This document shows, piece after piece, positions 39,871 to 49,745 of a stretch of 64,000 nucleotides of DNA (positions are counted from its first letter, which is position 1; the number at the start of each line of letters is the position of its first letter). The translations under genes and the position numbers were made by a program. Under the pieces are notes generated by a model. That model worked only from the letters and a program-made list of their open reading frames with translations. It ran no database searches and was not told where the DNA came from. Source of the stretch: Trypanosoma brucei (taxonomy: Eukaryota); NCBI GenBank assembly GCA_000002445.1, contig CM000207.1, positions 640,001 to 704,000 of the forward strand, written 5' to 3'.

Positions 39871-41946
39871 ATGGCGAAGTGGGAATTAAAGCTGGTGAGT
39901 TTGCTCGAGCAGCACTCGCTTGGGCACCTCGCCGGGAAGTTCATGGATTCCGGTATTACTTGTGAAGAGTTCGTAGCCCTGCAGCACGAGCAGTACGGTG
40001 CGTATGGTGTTAGTAGCGATGAGGATACGGTGAATTTGTATCACGCCATAAAGAAGCTGCGCGGGGAGCCGGCTGTCGGTTCGGACTCGTTACAATCGGA
40101 GGAAGAGTCGCTTCTTGTGCCGCCCATATTACCCAGCACCTCGCTTCCGCCTCCGATGGAAGCAGCAACGGCGACAGGCGCGGTTGGCGACTCAGATGAT
40201 ATTCTAGACGAGAAAGTGAAGGAGCGTCAGTACACAACACGTGGCACCACGCTTCTGATGCGAACAGATGACAGCCGGGAGGTTAAACGGCGTAAAAGCC
40301 GCATCGTGGTTGCTGTGCGCAAGCGGCCCATCAGCCAGTGCGAGCAGCAGCGCGGATTCACGGACGTCATGACGACAAACGACTGTGATGAGCTCGTGCT
40401 CGCGGAGACGCGGCAAAAAGTTGACCTCACGCGGTATACCCATGCACATCGGTTCTTCTTTGATGAGGTGTTCGCCGAAACGGCGAGCAATACTGACGTA
40501 TACAAACGCACGGCGGCAGCGCTTATTGACACGGTCTTCGAGGGTGGGTACGCAACGTGCTTTGCCTATGGGCAAACAGGTAGTGGAAAGACGCACACCA
40601 TGCTCGGTACCGGTGGCGAGCCTGGCATCTATGCTCTTGCAGCAAAGGAAATGTTGGCCCGTCTTGATCCCACGAAGCAGATGTTCGTGTCTTTCTACGA
40701 AATATACAGCGGGAAGTTGTATGACTTGCTTAACGGCCGGCAGCCACTGCGATGTCTGGAAGACGGGAAGCAAAACGTCAACATTTGCGGACTCACGGAA
40801 CACCCGCAGAGCAACGTGAAGAGCATCATGCGCCTCATTGAAGAGGGGACTCGTATCCGAAGTAGTGGGACCACAGGTGCCAACGATACCAGCTCCCGCT
40901 CGCACGCAATTCTTGAGGTGAAGTTGCGCAACCGGGGGGACAAGGAGCTCTTCGGTAAGTTTACTTTTATTGATCTCGCTGGGAGTGAGCGTGGGGCGGA
41001 CACGATGGACTGCGACAGACAAACACGGATTGAGGGAGCGCAGATCAACAAGAGCCTTCTAGCGCTCAAAGAATGTATTCGGTCCCTTGACTTGAACCAC
41101 AAACACGTGCCGTTTCGAGGCTCAAAGTTGACGGAGGTATTGCGCGATTCATTCGTCGGGAACTGCCGCACCGTGATGATTGGTGCTGTCTCACCGACGA
41201 GCAACAGCTGTGAACACACTCTCAATACGTTGCGGTACGCTGATCGTGTGAAGGAGTTAAAGAAAAGCCGTAGTGAAAGAAAGCCTCTAGAGGAAAATGA
41301 GCAATCTGAGTTCATTATGGAAAAGAAACAGACATCACCAGCTGCCCGTTTATCTTCGCATGGACGACTCTCCATTTCCCCGCAAGGTTCCTTGAACTTG
41401 GGATGTGTCTCTACTCATCAAAATACAAGCAACAAAGGCAATTCTGTCAATACAAGTTCCCCCAGCTTACCCAAGCGGCGTTCAGGTACCATGCGACCGA
41501 GTGGAATGTTGTGCGGGCGAAGCACCGAGCAGTTCATCAGCGAGAGTACATTCAAGCGATCACGCGAGGATGATGAAGGTAGGCAGAGCCAGCAACAACA
41601 GCAGCAGCAGGGGAAAGAAGAAGCTGGGCGAAAGAGCATTGACCTCGACCTTGGCAACCGGTATGATAAGGTAGTGGATGAGATTGTTCAGCTTGAACGT
41701 GAGTGCGTCAACACGCATCGTCTTTACCTTGATAAAGATATGGCACTGATAAAGGAGGAGTTCTCTCACATAATGTCGGTGGAGATGCCTGATTCTAACA
41801 TTGACACCTACGTGAATAATGTTCTAGATATACTTAGTGTGAAGCTGAAGGCAATTCATCACTTCCAGGGTCAAATGATGCGCCTGAGAGGATTACTTGA
41901 CGAAGAAGAGAAACTTTGTCAGCGTCTCGAGCAAAACGGGATTTAG
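39871..41946 (+). CDS. Kinesin-13 family motor (MCAK-like, internal motor domain) with N-terminal SAM-like domain, 691 aa
   Basis: First ATG 39871 (track start is TTG). P-loop FAYGQTGSGKTHTM, switch I NDTSSRSHAIL, switch II FIDLAGSERG. Kinesin-13 signature before the P-loop: KVDLTRYTHAHRFFFDEVF (cf. MCAK KVDLTKY...F.FD). N-terminal SAM-like: LVSLLEQHSLGHLAGKFMDSGITCEEFVALQHEQYG...TVNLYHAIKKLR. Confidence 0.9.
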   Translation: MAKWELKLVSLLEQHSLGHLAGKFMDSGITCEEFVALQHEQYGAYGVSSDEDTVNLYHAIKKLRGEPAVGSDSLQSEEESLLVPPILPSTSLPPPMEAATATGAVGDSDDILDEKVKERQYTTRGTTLLMRTDDSREVKRRKSRIVVAVRKRPISQCEQQRGFTDVMTTNDCDELVLAETRQKVDLTRYTHAHRFFFDEVFAETASNTDVYKRTAAALIDTVFEGGYATCFAYGQTGSGKTHTMLGTGGEPGIYALAAKEMLARLDPTKQMFVSFYEIYSGKLYDLLNGRQPLRCLEDGKQNVNICGLTEHPQSNVKSIMRLIEEGTRIRSSGTTGANDTSSRSHAILEVKLRNRGDKELFGKFTFIDLAGSERGADTMDCDRQTRIEGAQINKSLLALKECIRSLDLNHKHVPFRGSKLTEVLRDSFVGNCRTVMIGAVSPTSNSCEHTLNTLRYADRVKELKKSRSERKPLEENEQSEFIMEKKQTSPAARLSSHGRLSISPQGSLNLGCVSTHQNTSNKGNSVNTSSPSLPKRRSGTMRPSGMLCGRSTEQFISESTFKRSREDDEGRQSQQQQQQQGKEEAGRKSIDLDLGNRYDKVVDEIVQLERECVNTHRLYLDKDMALIKEEFSHIMSVEMPDSNIDTYVNNVLDILSVKLKAIHHFQGQMMRLRGLLDEEEKLCQRLEQNGI

Positions 41947-42481
41947 CACAGAAGCAGTGGGGGAGGGAAGAAAGGCAAACAAGAGAGGAACAGAAAATAA
42001 GAAAATACAGATATATTTATTTACTACTAGAGTCACAGCATGTCTCCCATGACCGTTTCTGCAGGAACTTAACTAAACTTGTGAGGGTCGACATTTGCCT
42101 GGAGGATGTGTGAGCGTTACGTTGCTTTGTTAGATTCACTCAACTTCTTTGCTTGGTGCAGTGTTGTTTTTTTTTGTACATCACTTCCTGCCTCTTCCGT
42201 TTCGCTCACAGAGGGAAACAAAAATAAGCATCGGCTCAGGTATAGTTGAGTATACCCTCGCGCATTCCCCTCTATTCTTTCTAACTGATCACTTCGCTAT
42301 TTTCCGTTTGAACGGCGTGCCGCGGCTTCCTCTTGACCTCTCCCTTTTTTGTCATCTCCCCCTTTTTTTGCGCGTGAGTGATTTGTTGACCGTGGTTTTT
42401 CCAACGGGGTGAGGGGAGGGAAATAATAAAGACGCCTTAGTGGTAAGGTAACAATAATTGTCGTGGTGGTATCATCGGCAA

Positions 42482-44077
42482 ATGCTTCGCATCAGCACCC
42501 CACGATTAGATGGCCCCATGGTAACGGGAGGCCCAGTTAAGGGTTTACAGGGTCGCATGCGTAGCCTAATTAAACCTAGCGTAGCGGAGCATGTTTTGCG
42601 GGACGTAGCGGTGGTACGTCAGCGTTTCGCAGAGTTGACAGACGCAGGCGTGGAGGATCCGGCTTCCACATACAAACCGTCGATTCCGCGTCCGTGGGTG
42701 AAGGCGCCTCTTTCTCGACTTTCCACCTCCGTTTCGAGGAGAGATTGGTTCCGCATCATGCAGTTCAACATCATGGCAGACGCTTGGAGTAACGGAGGCA
42801 CTACAGTGGAGAGAACGACGCCTGTACACGGTGTCCTGCCGTGGGTCCCCGGTTTCACGCGACGCGGAACGGACCCTTGTGGGTTCTACCCGTACGACCA
42901 TAGTGTGGATGAGGAGGTCCCGCCTTTTTTGCAAGAGGACATTAGGCGGGCCTACATTGTGAATGAGATTTGCTATTATGATCCCGATATTGTTTGCTTA
43001 CAGGAGGTCAACAGATCTTTTTTTAACGAAACCTTTTCTAAATACATTCGGTATCGTGGTTACGGCACGTTGTATCAATCAAGTCGCGGATATAAGGTGC
43101 GGGCCCTGCGTAGAGGCGATGACCCAACGCTGCTGCGCCACAAAGGAAAAATCGAAGAGAGGGAGGACATTGGAAATGTGATCCTTTTCCACAAGGGACG
43201 CTTCGTACCCATTTTGATGCCGGGTAAAGATCTTGTGCAGCATTTACACTTTGCTCACATTGTTGCCATGCGGGATAGGGTCACCAACATGACACTGAAT
43301 GTAGCATGCGCACAGTTTACCGCTGGAGATTCCGCTGAGGCATCGGAGATACGCCTGCACGAAGCAAGGCAGACAATGCAGATACTCGATGCTCTGAACC
43401 GAAACGACACAGATCGCTCACATATGAGTAATGTTATATGTGGGGACTTTAACAACGTTGAGGACGAAGAGCCGTGCGTGCAGTTTATGAGGGAGCGTTT
43501 GTTTTCCACATACGACGTGGTGGGCGGCCCGCGGTGGACCACCTGGTTTCATGAAGATGCCCAAAGTAATGCTCGGTATCAAAAGTATTATTCCTGCAAC
43601 CGTGCTGGATACTTCGCCACTAATGCAGCAAAGCGAGCTGAGCAGGAAGTAGCGAAGTTTACGTGGTTACGAAGTGGTGGTCTCAATGGTCGACGCCAAG
43701 ATGTCAGCGGCGGCGATTCCGCTCCACCCGGGACACGCAGTGCAACAATCTCATCACTCGATAAAGTGGTTGGTGCTAACGAACCTAACACTGCGGCGCG
43801 CACACTCGAGCGGGGTGGCACATGTGGAGATGTGTTGGTTGAACAAAAGCAGGCCCTGAAAGCAGATGGTATTATTAGGCGCACTCAAGACTTTGTGCTG
43901 TACGACCCCAAAACACTCGCACTTCACCAGGTTTTAGACGTTCCGGAGGATGAGCACATCGATAGTCAGCAGCTGCTTCCGTGCAGTGGCCATCCTTCGC
44001 ATCACCTTCATCTAGTCGTTGATGTCTCCTTCACAGATGTTTGCCCCGACGTGGGGGAAATATCTATAAAGGATTGA
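42482..44077 (+). CDS. Endonuclease/exonuclease/phosphatase (EEP) family protein, nocturnin/CCR4/PDE12-like, 531 aa
   Basis: First ATG 42482 (track start is TTG). EEP motifs: FRIMQFNIMADAW (N-terminal Asn), DIVCLQEVN (Glu), ICGDFNN (Asp/Asn), C-terminal HPSHHLHLVVDVSF (cf. nocturnin PSDHLSLVCDFSF). Confidence 0.75.
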   Translation: MLRISTPRLDGPMVTGGPVKGLQGRMRSLIKPSVAEHVLRDVAVVRQRFAELTDAGVEDPASTYKPSIPRPWVKAPLSRLSTSVSRRDWFRIMQFNIMADAWSNGGTTVERTTPVHGVLPWVPGFTRRGTDPCGFYPYDHSVDEEVPPFLQEDIRRAYIVNEICYYDPDIVCLQEVNRSFFNETFSKYIRYRGYGTLYQSSRGYKVRALRRGDDPTLLRHKGKIEEREDIGNVILFHKGRFVPILMPGKDLVQHLHFAHIVAMRDRVTNMTLNVACAQFTAGDSAEASEIRLHEARQTMQILDALNRNDTDRSHMSNVICGDFNNVEDEEPCVQFMRERLFSTYDVVGGPRWTTWFHEDAQSNARYQKYYSCNRAGYFATNAAKRAEQEVAKFTWLRSGGLNGRRQDVSGGDSAPPGTRSATISSLDKVVGANEPNTAARTLERGGTCGDVLVEQKQALKADGIIRRTQDFVLYDPKTLALHQVLDVPEDEHIDSQQLLPCSGHPSHHLHLVVDVSFTDVCPDVGEISIKD

Positions 44078-44499
44078 CGAAGCGAAGAAGGCAATGAGTC
44101 GTTGTTGAAGTTAGTGGAATGGAGGGGGCAGCTGCAGATGGAAGTGATAACGAAAAGCGTTCGCATGCCATAAGTCAGTTACATATGCATCAGTTTCAGT
44201 GCGGGGCTCGGGGGGGGCCACATTCACTGTTCATTTCGTTTTCATTACTGGTACTACCCACTCTCTTGGTGAAAAACGTTTCTCGTCCATACACCACCGA
44301 CGGTGGACAAAAATAAGACTGTCCTTTTACTCGCTACAACCCTTTTCACATCTTTAAGTGACCTAGGATAGGTACAAAGTGACCTAACAGCATAGTGATA
44401 ATTCAATTTGTGTTTGCTGTTGGAGGAAAAAAAAAATTTAAAGTGGAAAGGGGAAGGCACAGGCAAGGCAAGGCAAGCCTGAGGAGCTGCTGTCGAACA

Positions 44500-47400
44500 A
44501 TGGCCCAGTGCTTTGGAAGTGATTATGTACTCGGCAAGGCGAAACCCTCAGATGGGGAACGATGGAACCTTCTCGAGCGCGTATATGCAGACTATGAGGA
44601 GATGAATGCTCAGCAGCAGGAGATTGCAGCGCGCAAGCGTGAGCTGGATATGGAGTTCTATGACGGCAACATTGAAAAGATTGAAGAGGCGCTTCACTTC
44701 AACGAGAATCGCCGTGGCTCTCGTGAAGGGGACTGGGACACGTACGAAAAGGTGGAGCATATCGTCAAGAAGTTTGTGTACTGTCGTGCTGGAAGGGTGT
44801 TCAAAGCTAGTGAAGTCCAGGAAGTCTTGGAGGAGCGCATCCGCCTATTGGGCGATATTGAAGCTTCACAGAAGCAGCGCATCACTGCCTTGGAAACAAC
44901 GCTTAGCTCAGTTCAGAGCGAGTTGGCTGAGGTAACGCGACTTCTGTGCATGAGTGAGGCCCGAGCTAAGGCCCTCAAGGCGGAATGTGTGGCAAATACC
45001 ATGAAAGCTAGGCAGCTGCAGCGCGTGTGCGACGGCCTTAGAGGCAGTGGGAAAAAAGACGAGAGCGAGGTGTTCAGAGACATGCGCCTCCTCATTGAGG
45101 CAAACAGACAAATGGAGAAGGATTGCCAGAAACTACGCGTCGCGTTGAACATGGGCCCTGTGAGCGCGAAGAAACAGAAGACTGTGAAAGCAGCGCAAAG
45201 AGTCCGCGCGCGGCCTGTGGTCGCCCACTCGATGTCGAATTCTCGCAACGGAAGCATGGTGGAAACACTCCTAACTCACACGGAAAAGGTGGGGGAGTTG
45301 AAGTCAGAAGAAACTCTAGAGGCAAACATTGAATCTAAGGCGGATGTGGTAACTGATGCTTCACAGAAGCAAACCAAGACTCTTCCTCAGCTCACGGCAC
45401 TCACGGGAGATGCAGAGAAAAGTGTGTCAGCTGCCCAGTCCGCGGTGCGCGCAGACGACGGTGCCCCTGCTTCCGTGGAAAATAGTCTTGTTGTTTGCGG
45501 TGGTAATGGTCTTTGTGAAGTTTCGCTGGAAGGGAAGCCTGGCGACGAGACGCTTAAATTCATGTCTCAACCTAACATAACCGGGAGTTTTCCAGATCTT
45601 GATCAGTCGCAGCGGGATGTTTCCGTTTCCAGAACTATGAGCAGTAAGGCGATTTATAAACTTGAGCGTATTCAAGAGAGAGCGAGCACGTTGGCGGAGG
45701 AGGTACCTTTGTCTGATGCCCTCATGCGTGCGTTCATCAAATGTGAAAAGTTGCAGGAGCTAATGGAGTGGGAAGTTGGCAGGAGCATGGCAATGCTTGA
45801 CTATGATGCAAATGTGTCCCACAAGCACGTAAGTTTCCACAGTGCGTGTGTGGGTGCCAGCAAAAAATTCTCACAGGACGCTTCTTGTGGGGAAGAGAGG
45901 GATATGTCCATGGTTTTTAGTGGGAGAGAAGTTGCCGGAATGCCCGGAGAGTCCCTGAACACCTCCAATTCACACCTAAGCCCGGCTGCTGGCGCTTCCA
46001 GGACCGCCGTGTTGCAAGGCTCCGGAGTCTCTCCAATGAGCACCTTGATTGGTAACCAGACTTCCTTCTTTACTACTACGCAGGATGCTACGCGCACGCT
46101 TACCTCCCTGTCAGGTGATTTGGGGCACCCATTGCACTCTCTTATGGGGCAAGTTTTGCCTAATGGTCTGCTAACCGCGTCTCAGAATAGTGGGTATACG
46201 GAGATGTCCTCCGCTGCGGCGAGAGAACTAGCTGAAACGGGCGGCGGAAACGTTGACTTCAACGACCCTGGAATGCCAATACAAGGAATGGAAACTTCTT
46301 ACAAGAACGGGCTGTTGCCCCACCACGCTGCGGTTGTGTTGTCGACTCGTAAGAATTTAGCTGTTGAAGATGTCGGCGGTTTGTCCACCCGCATCAGGAC
46401 GGCAGCATTGAGTGGAAGTGATGTGAGCGGTGCGAGCGAAGGTGGGTGGAATCAGGTGGGAAGCCGCGAGGGATCTGAATGCTCCCAACTCGTGTATTCT
46501 TCTGAAGATGGTGATTCGGACAGCGAAACTCACCACCTCGGTCGCTGGGTGGATTCCCCCTCACAATTAAGTGATGAAGCTCCCTTCGAGGGAGTGGGAG
46601 TCGAAAACGCTAACACCAGGGCTAAAAAGTATTCAGCACGGGGAAGCGATAGGTCCAATATCTCTTTTGCGGGCTCCCGGAGAAGTGCCCACCGCAGCGC
46701 AGCTAGCCGCCTGACGAGTGCTGCTACCAAAGGGCGAACCCGTAATTCAACAGTCAGCTTGGCAACAGAGCAACGACTAAGCGCGAGGACCAAGAGGAGG
46801 GCTGCGAGGGGCGGGGTGAAGGTTAACAGTGCGTTTCGGGCCCTGAGTAAGGAGGTGTCCACGCTACGAGATGCATGCCATAATATGATCAACGAAATGA
46901 ACGAGATGTTTGACGTAATGGGGAAATGTGTTGATGCCCTCGAAAAGCACTCGGGCACTGGCCAGCAAGTGGCGGCAACCCGCACAAAGCAGGCCTTATC
47001 AGCTGTTGTCAAGGAGGTAGTGAAGGGGGTGGCGGAGCAAGAGGTGTTGGACCGTCTCGGGAAACAAGGCATTGTTTTGGAGCGTCACCCAGAGTCTCCT
47101 AACTTAACTGATGAGCAGTGGATGCAGAATCGGCTGTACGATGCCATTATGAAATCAACAAGTGAACACGTTGACAGGGCCCTCGTGCAAAAGGGTGAAC
47201 GCCCAAGCAAATCCCTTTGCGGTAGTCGTAGGTCATCCCTATCGGCACTCGACCAGAAGCAAGAAGGGCAGGAACGGCAACGGGAACGGGAACGGCAACG
47301 TTGGCAGAAACAAGAAGAACAGTGTCAAGGACAGGACCGCTTGTGGAAACAGGGACGAGAGCAATGGCAAAGAGAAGGGAGAGGAGGTGGAGGAGGACAG

Positions 47401-48600
47401 TGGTGGGAACGAGAAGAACACATGCACGCATCCGAGCCCGAGAATGTACAAAGGCGGTTAGCTGACTTGGGAAAAAGAAGGACTCCACGCCAGTCGGGCA
47501 CTAACCAGGGCGATTCGCACTTCTTCTCCTACCCATTTAGGGGCGATAATGAGTTGGAGGATGGATCGTACACTCTTTGGCCATCTGATCCCACTCCGCC
47601 CACAGGTGTGGACACGGGGGTGTGGGAAGAGCCACTGGAAGCAATGCGTCGAGAAATGTGGAGACTCGCTGGCCACCCCTGCGTGGACTCTGGCGATGGA
47701 AACACAGAGCAGAATCCTCGGCCACTTCATGCGCATATGAGCAAAGGGGGTGGTGGGGGTTGGAGGGAGAGGTTTTCAAGCTGGACGGTTGCTGGTGATG
47801 CGATGTTTTGTGCCCCACTTGCCGAGGAGGGTGATAGGAAGTACCAACCCCCTGTGCCGTACAAGACCGGCCCAGGATTCTTGGTTCCGCGCTTAAGGTT
47901 AGGATGTGCGAGGCTCGGGGCCACGCACGGCGCGGTAAGGAGCAACTCCTGTGAGGAGATTTTGGAGTATCTAAGACGGCTTCAGCCACCGGAGTACTCC
48001 AGGGACCTCGCGTGTCTGACACCCAGAGTCTTCAGATACGATTTTGGAAGCACAGTTTCTGACGCTAGACGGAACGTGCGGGAGGGCGTCTCTCAGGTCA
48101 AACACCATCTGCAAAGTGCGTTGTTTAATCAGGGGTTCTCCAGCGAAATACTACCGTACGCAACTGCTGCGAGGCGCTTGCAGCATGGGGGAGCCCTGCC
48201 CACGTGGATGCGTGAGGCGGTGGTGATGCTCCGAAGGGAGGAAAAGGACCGAAACCAAAAGATGGCCAAACTTATCTTCCAGAAGGTGGCAACAAATATC
48301 CGTACAAGAAGTATATTGAAGCGCGTGTGTCGGGGATCTGCTTTCGCCGCCTATCTGGTTGTTATGTGGGAGAAATGGATGGGAGGGTGGGAGAAACGCT
48401 GCGAGGCGTTACGGCATACACAGAAGGAAAGTTTGGGGCGCGTTATGGACATGGTGGTGAATGGTTTTAATGTAGTGCCACAGCAGCTCCGCGGGCCACT
48501 TGAGACACAGGAGTCTCCGTGGGTAGACGCGAGGAGGACACTCAAAGGCGCGAGCAGCTACCACTTCAGAGATGCACGGATCCCCTCGAAGGACAAATGA
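44500..48600 (+). CDS. Large hypothetical coiled-coil protein with Gln/Arg/Glu/Trp-rich low-complexity segment, ~1366 aa
   Basis: Track ORF starts at GTG 44395; first ATG 44500 (MAQCFGSDYVLGKAK). N-terminal coiled coil; low-complexity QERQRERERQRWQKQEEQCQGQDRLWKQGREQWQREGRGGGGGQWWEREEH near 47270..47420. Confidence 0.55.
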   Translation: MAQCFGSDYVLGKAKPSDGERWNLLERVYADYEEMNAQQQEIAARKRELDMEFYDGNIEKIEEALHFNENRRGSREGDWDTYEKVEHIVKKFVYCRAGRVFKASEVQEVLEERIRLLGDIEASQKQRITALETTLSSVQSELAEVTRLLCMSEARAKALKAECVANTMKARQLQRVCDGLRGSGKKDESEVFRDMRLLIEANRQMEKDCQKLRVALNMGPVSAKKQKTVKAAQRVRARPVVAHSMSNSRNGSMVETLLTHTEKVGELKSEETLEANIESKADVVTDASQKQTKTLPQLTALTGDAEKSVSAAQSAVRADDGAPASVENSLVVCGGNGLCEVSLEGKPGDETLKFMSQPNITGSFPDLDQSQRDVSVSRTMSSKAIYKLERIQERASTLAEEVPLSDALMRAFIKCEKLQELMEWEVGRSMAMLDYDANVSHKHVSFHSACVGASKKFSQDASCGEERDMSMVFSGREVAGMPGESLNTSNSHLSPAAGASRTAVLQGSGVSPMSTLIGNQTSFFTTTQDATRTLTSLSGDLGHPLHSLMGQVLPNGLLTASQNSGYTEMSSAAARELAETGGGNVDFNDPGMPIQGMETSYKNGLLPHHAAVVLSTRKNLAVEDVGGLSTRIRTAALSGSDVSGASEGGWNQVGSREGSECSQLVYSSEDGDSDSETHHLGRWVDSPSQLSDEAPFEGVGVENANTRAKKYSARGSDRSNISFAGSRRSAHRSAASRLTSAATKGRTRNSTVSLATEQRLSARTKRRAARGGVKVNSAFRALSKEVSTLRDACHNMINEMNEMFDVMGKCVDALEKHSGTGQQVAATRTKQALSAVVKEVVKGVAEQEVLDRLGKQGIVLERHPESPNLTDEQWMQNRLYDAIMKSTSEHVDRALVQKGERPSKSLCGSRRSSLSALDQKQEGQERQRERERQRWQKQEEQCQGQDRLWKQGREQWQREGRGGGGGQWWEREEHMHASEPENVQRRLADLGKRRTPRQSGTNQGDSHFFSYPFRGDNELEDGSYTLWPSDPTPPTGVDTGVWEEPLEAMRREMWRLAGHPCVDSGDGNTEQNPRPLHAHMSKGGGGGWRERFSSWTVAGDAMFCAPLAEEGDRKYQPPVPYKTGPGFLVPRLRLGCARLGATHGAVRSNSCEEILEYLRRLQPPEYSRDLACLTPRVFRYDFGSTVSDARRNVREGVSQVKHHLQSALFNQGFSSEILPYATAARRLQHGGALPTWMREAVVMLRREEKDRNQKMAKLIFQKVATNIRTRSILKRVCRGSAFAAYLVVMWEKWMGGWEKRCEALRHTQKESLGRVMDMVVNGFNVVPQQLRGPLETQESPWVDARRTLKGASSYHFRDARIPSKDK

Positions 48601-49745
48601 CGTGATTTGATGTGTACGCGTTTGCGGTGTGGACCTCAATCATGCGTCAGCAAACGTGCCCCGCCGGCGTTGGCAATATGTATTGGCTGCAACCCTCAGG
48701 TAGCATTCGCCAACTCACTCACCAACGTGAGTGTGCTTGTTTTTGTGTAACAAAAAGAGTATGTACATTTAGTTGAAGTTAGTAAACAGGAAGGGTGTGC
48801 GCGGAGTCTCATAGTGTAATTAGTAGTATGGCACACAAAAGCACTTTGGAAACGTGTGGGCGACGCACCCGTGTAAACAAGAAGTAACCGATTGCGGTTC
48901 CATGCGATGGCGGTAGGGTCGATATCATTATCAATACTATTTTTGTTTTTCGTTGTAGCTACGTCTATTCCCAATTTTCTGCTTCCCACCTTGTTTCCTC
49001 GCTGGTTTCTTTGCGCTTTGTGGTAGAGGGGAAAAGCTTCTCCCGGAGAATGGTTTTGCCACCCTTCCGCTATACGCTCACCTTACTACTTCCAGTTTCT
49101 TACTGTTATTGTGTGCGCACGTGCTCGGTACCTTTGTCCCCTTTTCCCCTGTGTATCTATCTTTAATCGGTGCACAGTTACGCCATCCCATCTTGTGGAA
49201 TTCCCTCCCCTTTGAATTAAATGCAAGATGACAGTTAGCCTTCCATTGCTCTGCTTGGTGACTGCTGCCTTTTCATACGGTGGAAGAGCTTCACCGACGA
49301 ATGAAGTTTTTCACCCCTTGGACTTACCCCTGGCCTTGTTGAAGGACTGCCAAGCACGTCCGTACGCCGTCAGGGCGTCGTCTGAAGCAGATTGCGTTAC
49401 CCGATAACAGTGAAGCTCCTGATCAACAGGGCTGCTGTGCACGGAGGGGAATGGCTATGCCGGATGATGTGGCACCTGTGCTTTAGTGTGGTGGCACTGC
49501 TCTTGCAGTTTCTGGAGCTCAGCCACTTGCGAGTTAAGAGCCAATGTCGCTAAAAAGGGGCAGGTGACAGTAGGGTGGTCGACGCTCAACTTGTTGATGG
49601 TTGTAGGAAACCAAAAGGGTGGCTTTGGCGGCCTAATGGAAGTCCGAAACGCTTCGATGGGACCCGAGTGAAATACGCATTGACAAGCGTCCAAGTTAGT
49701 GGGGAAGCCAAAACCGTCAACGAGGACATTGCACCCAACCCACCC

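Noticed and set aside
40204-41022. 272-aa minus-strand ORF
   Set aside because: Antisense to the kinesin-13 motor domain, whose motifs are unambiguous on the + strand.
46530-47072. 180-aa minus-strand ORF, plus several 60-160 aa minus ORFs (47147..47488, 47537..48022)
   Set aside because: All are antisense to the 1366-aa + strand gene and have no motifs.
49321-49400. Possible Pr77-like retroelement 5' hallmark (starts with ccctggc...)
   Set aside because: Only the first 7-8 nt resemble the ingi/L1Tc Pr77 start and the rest does not follow the remembered consensus, so this is too weak to call.
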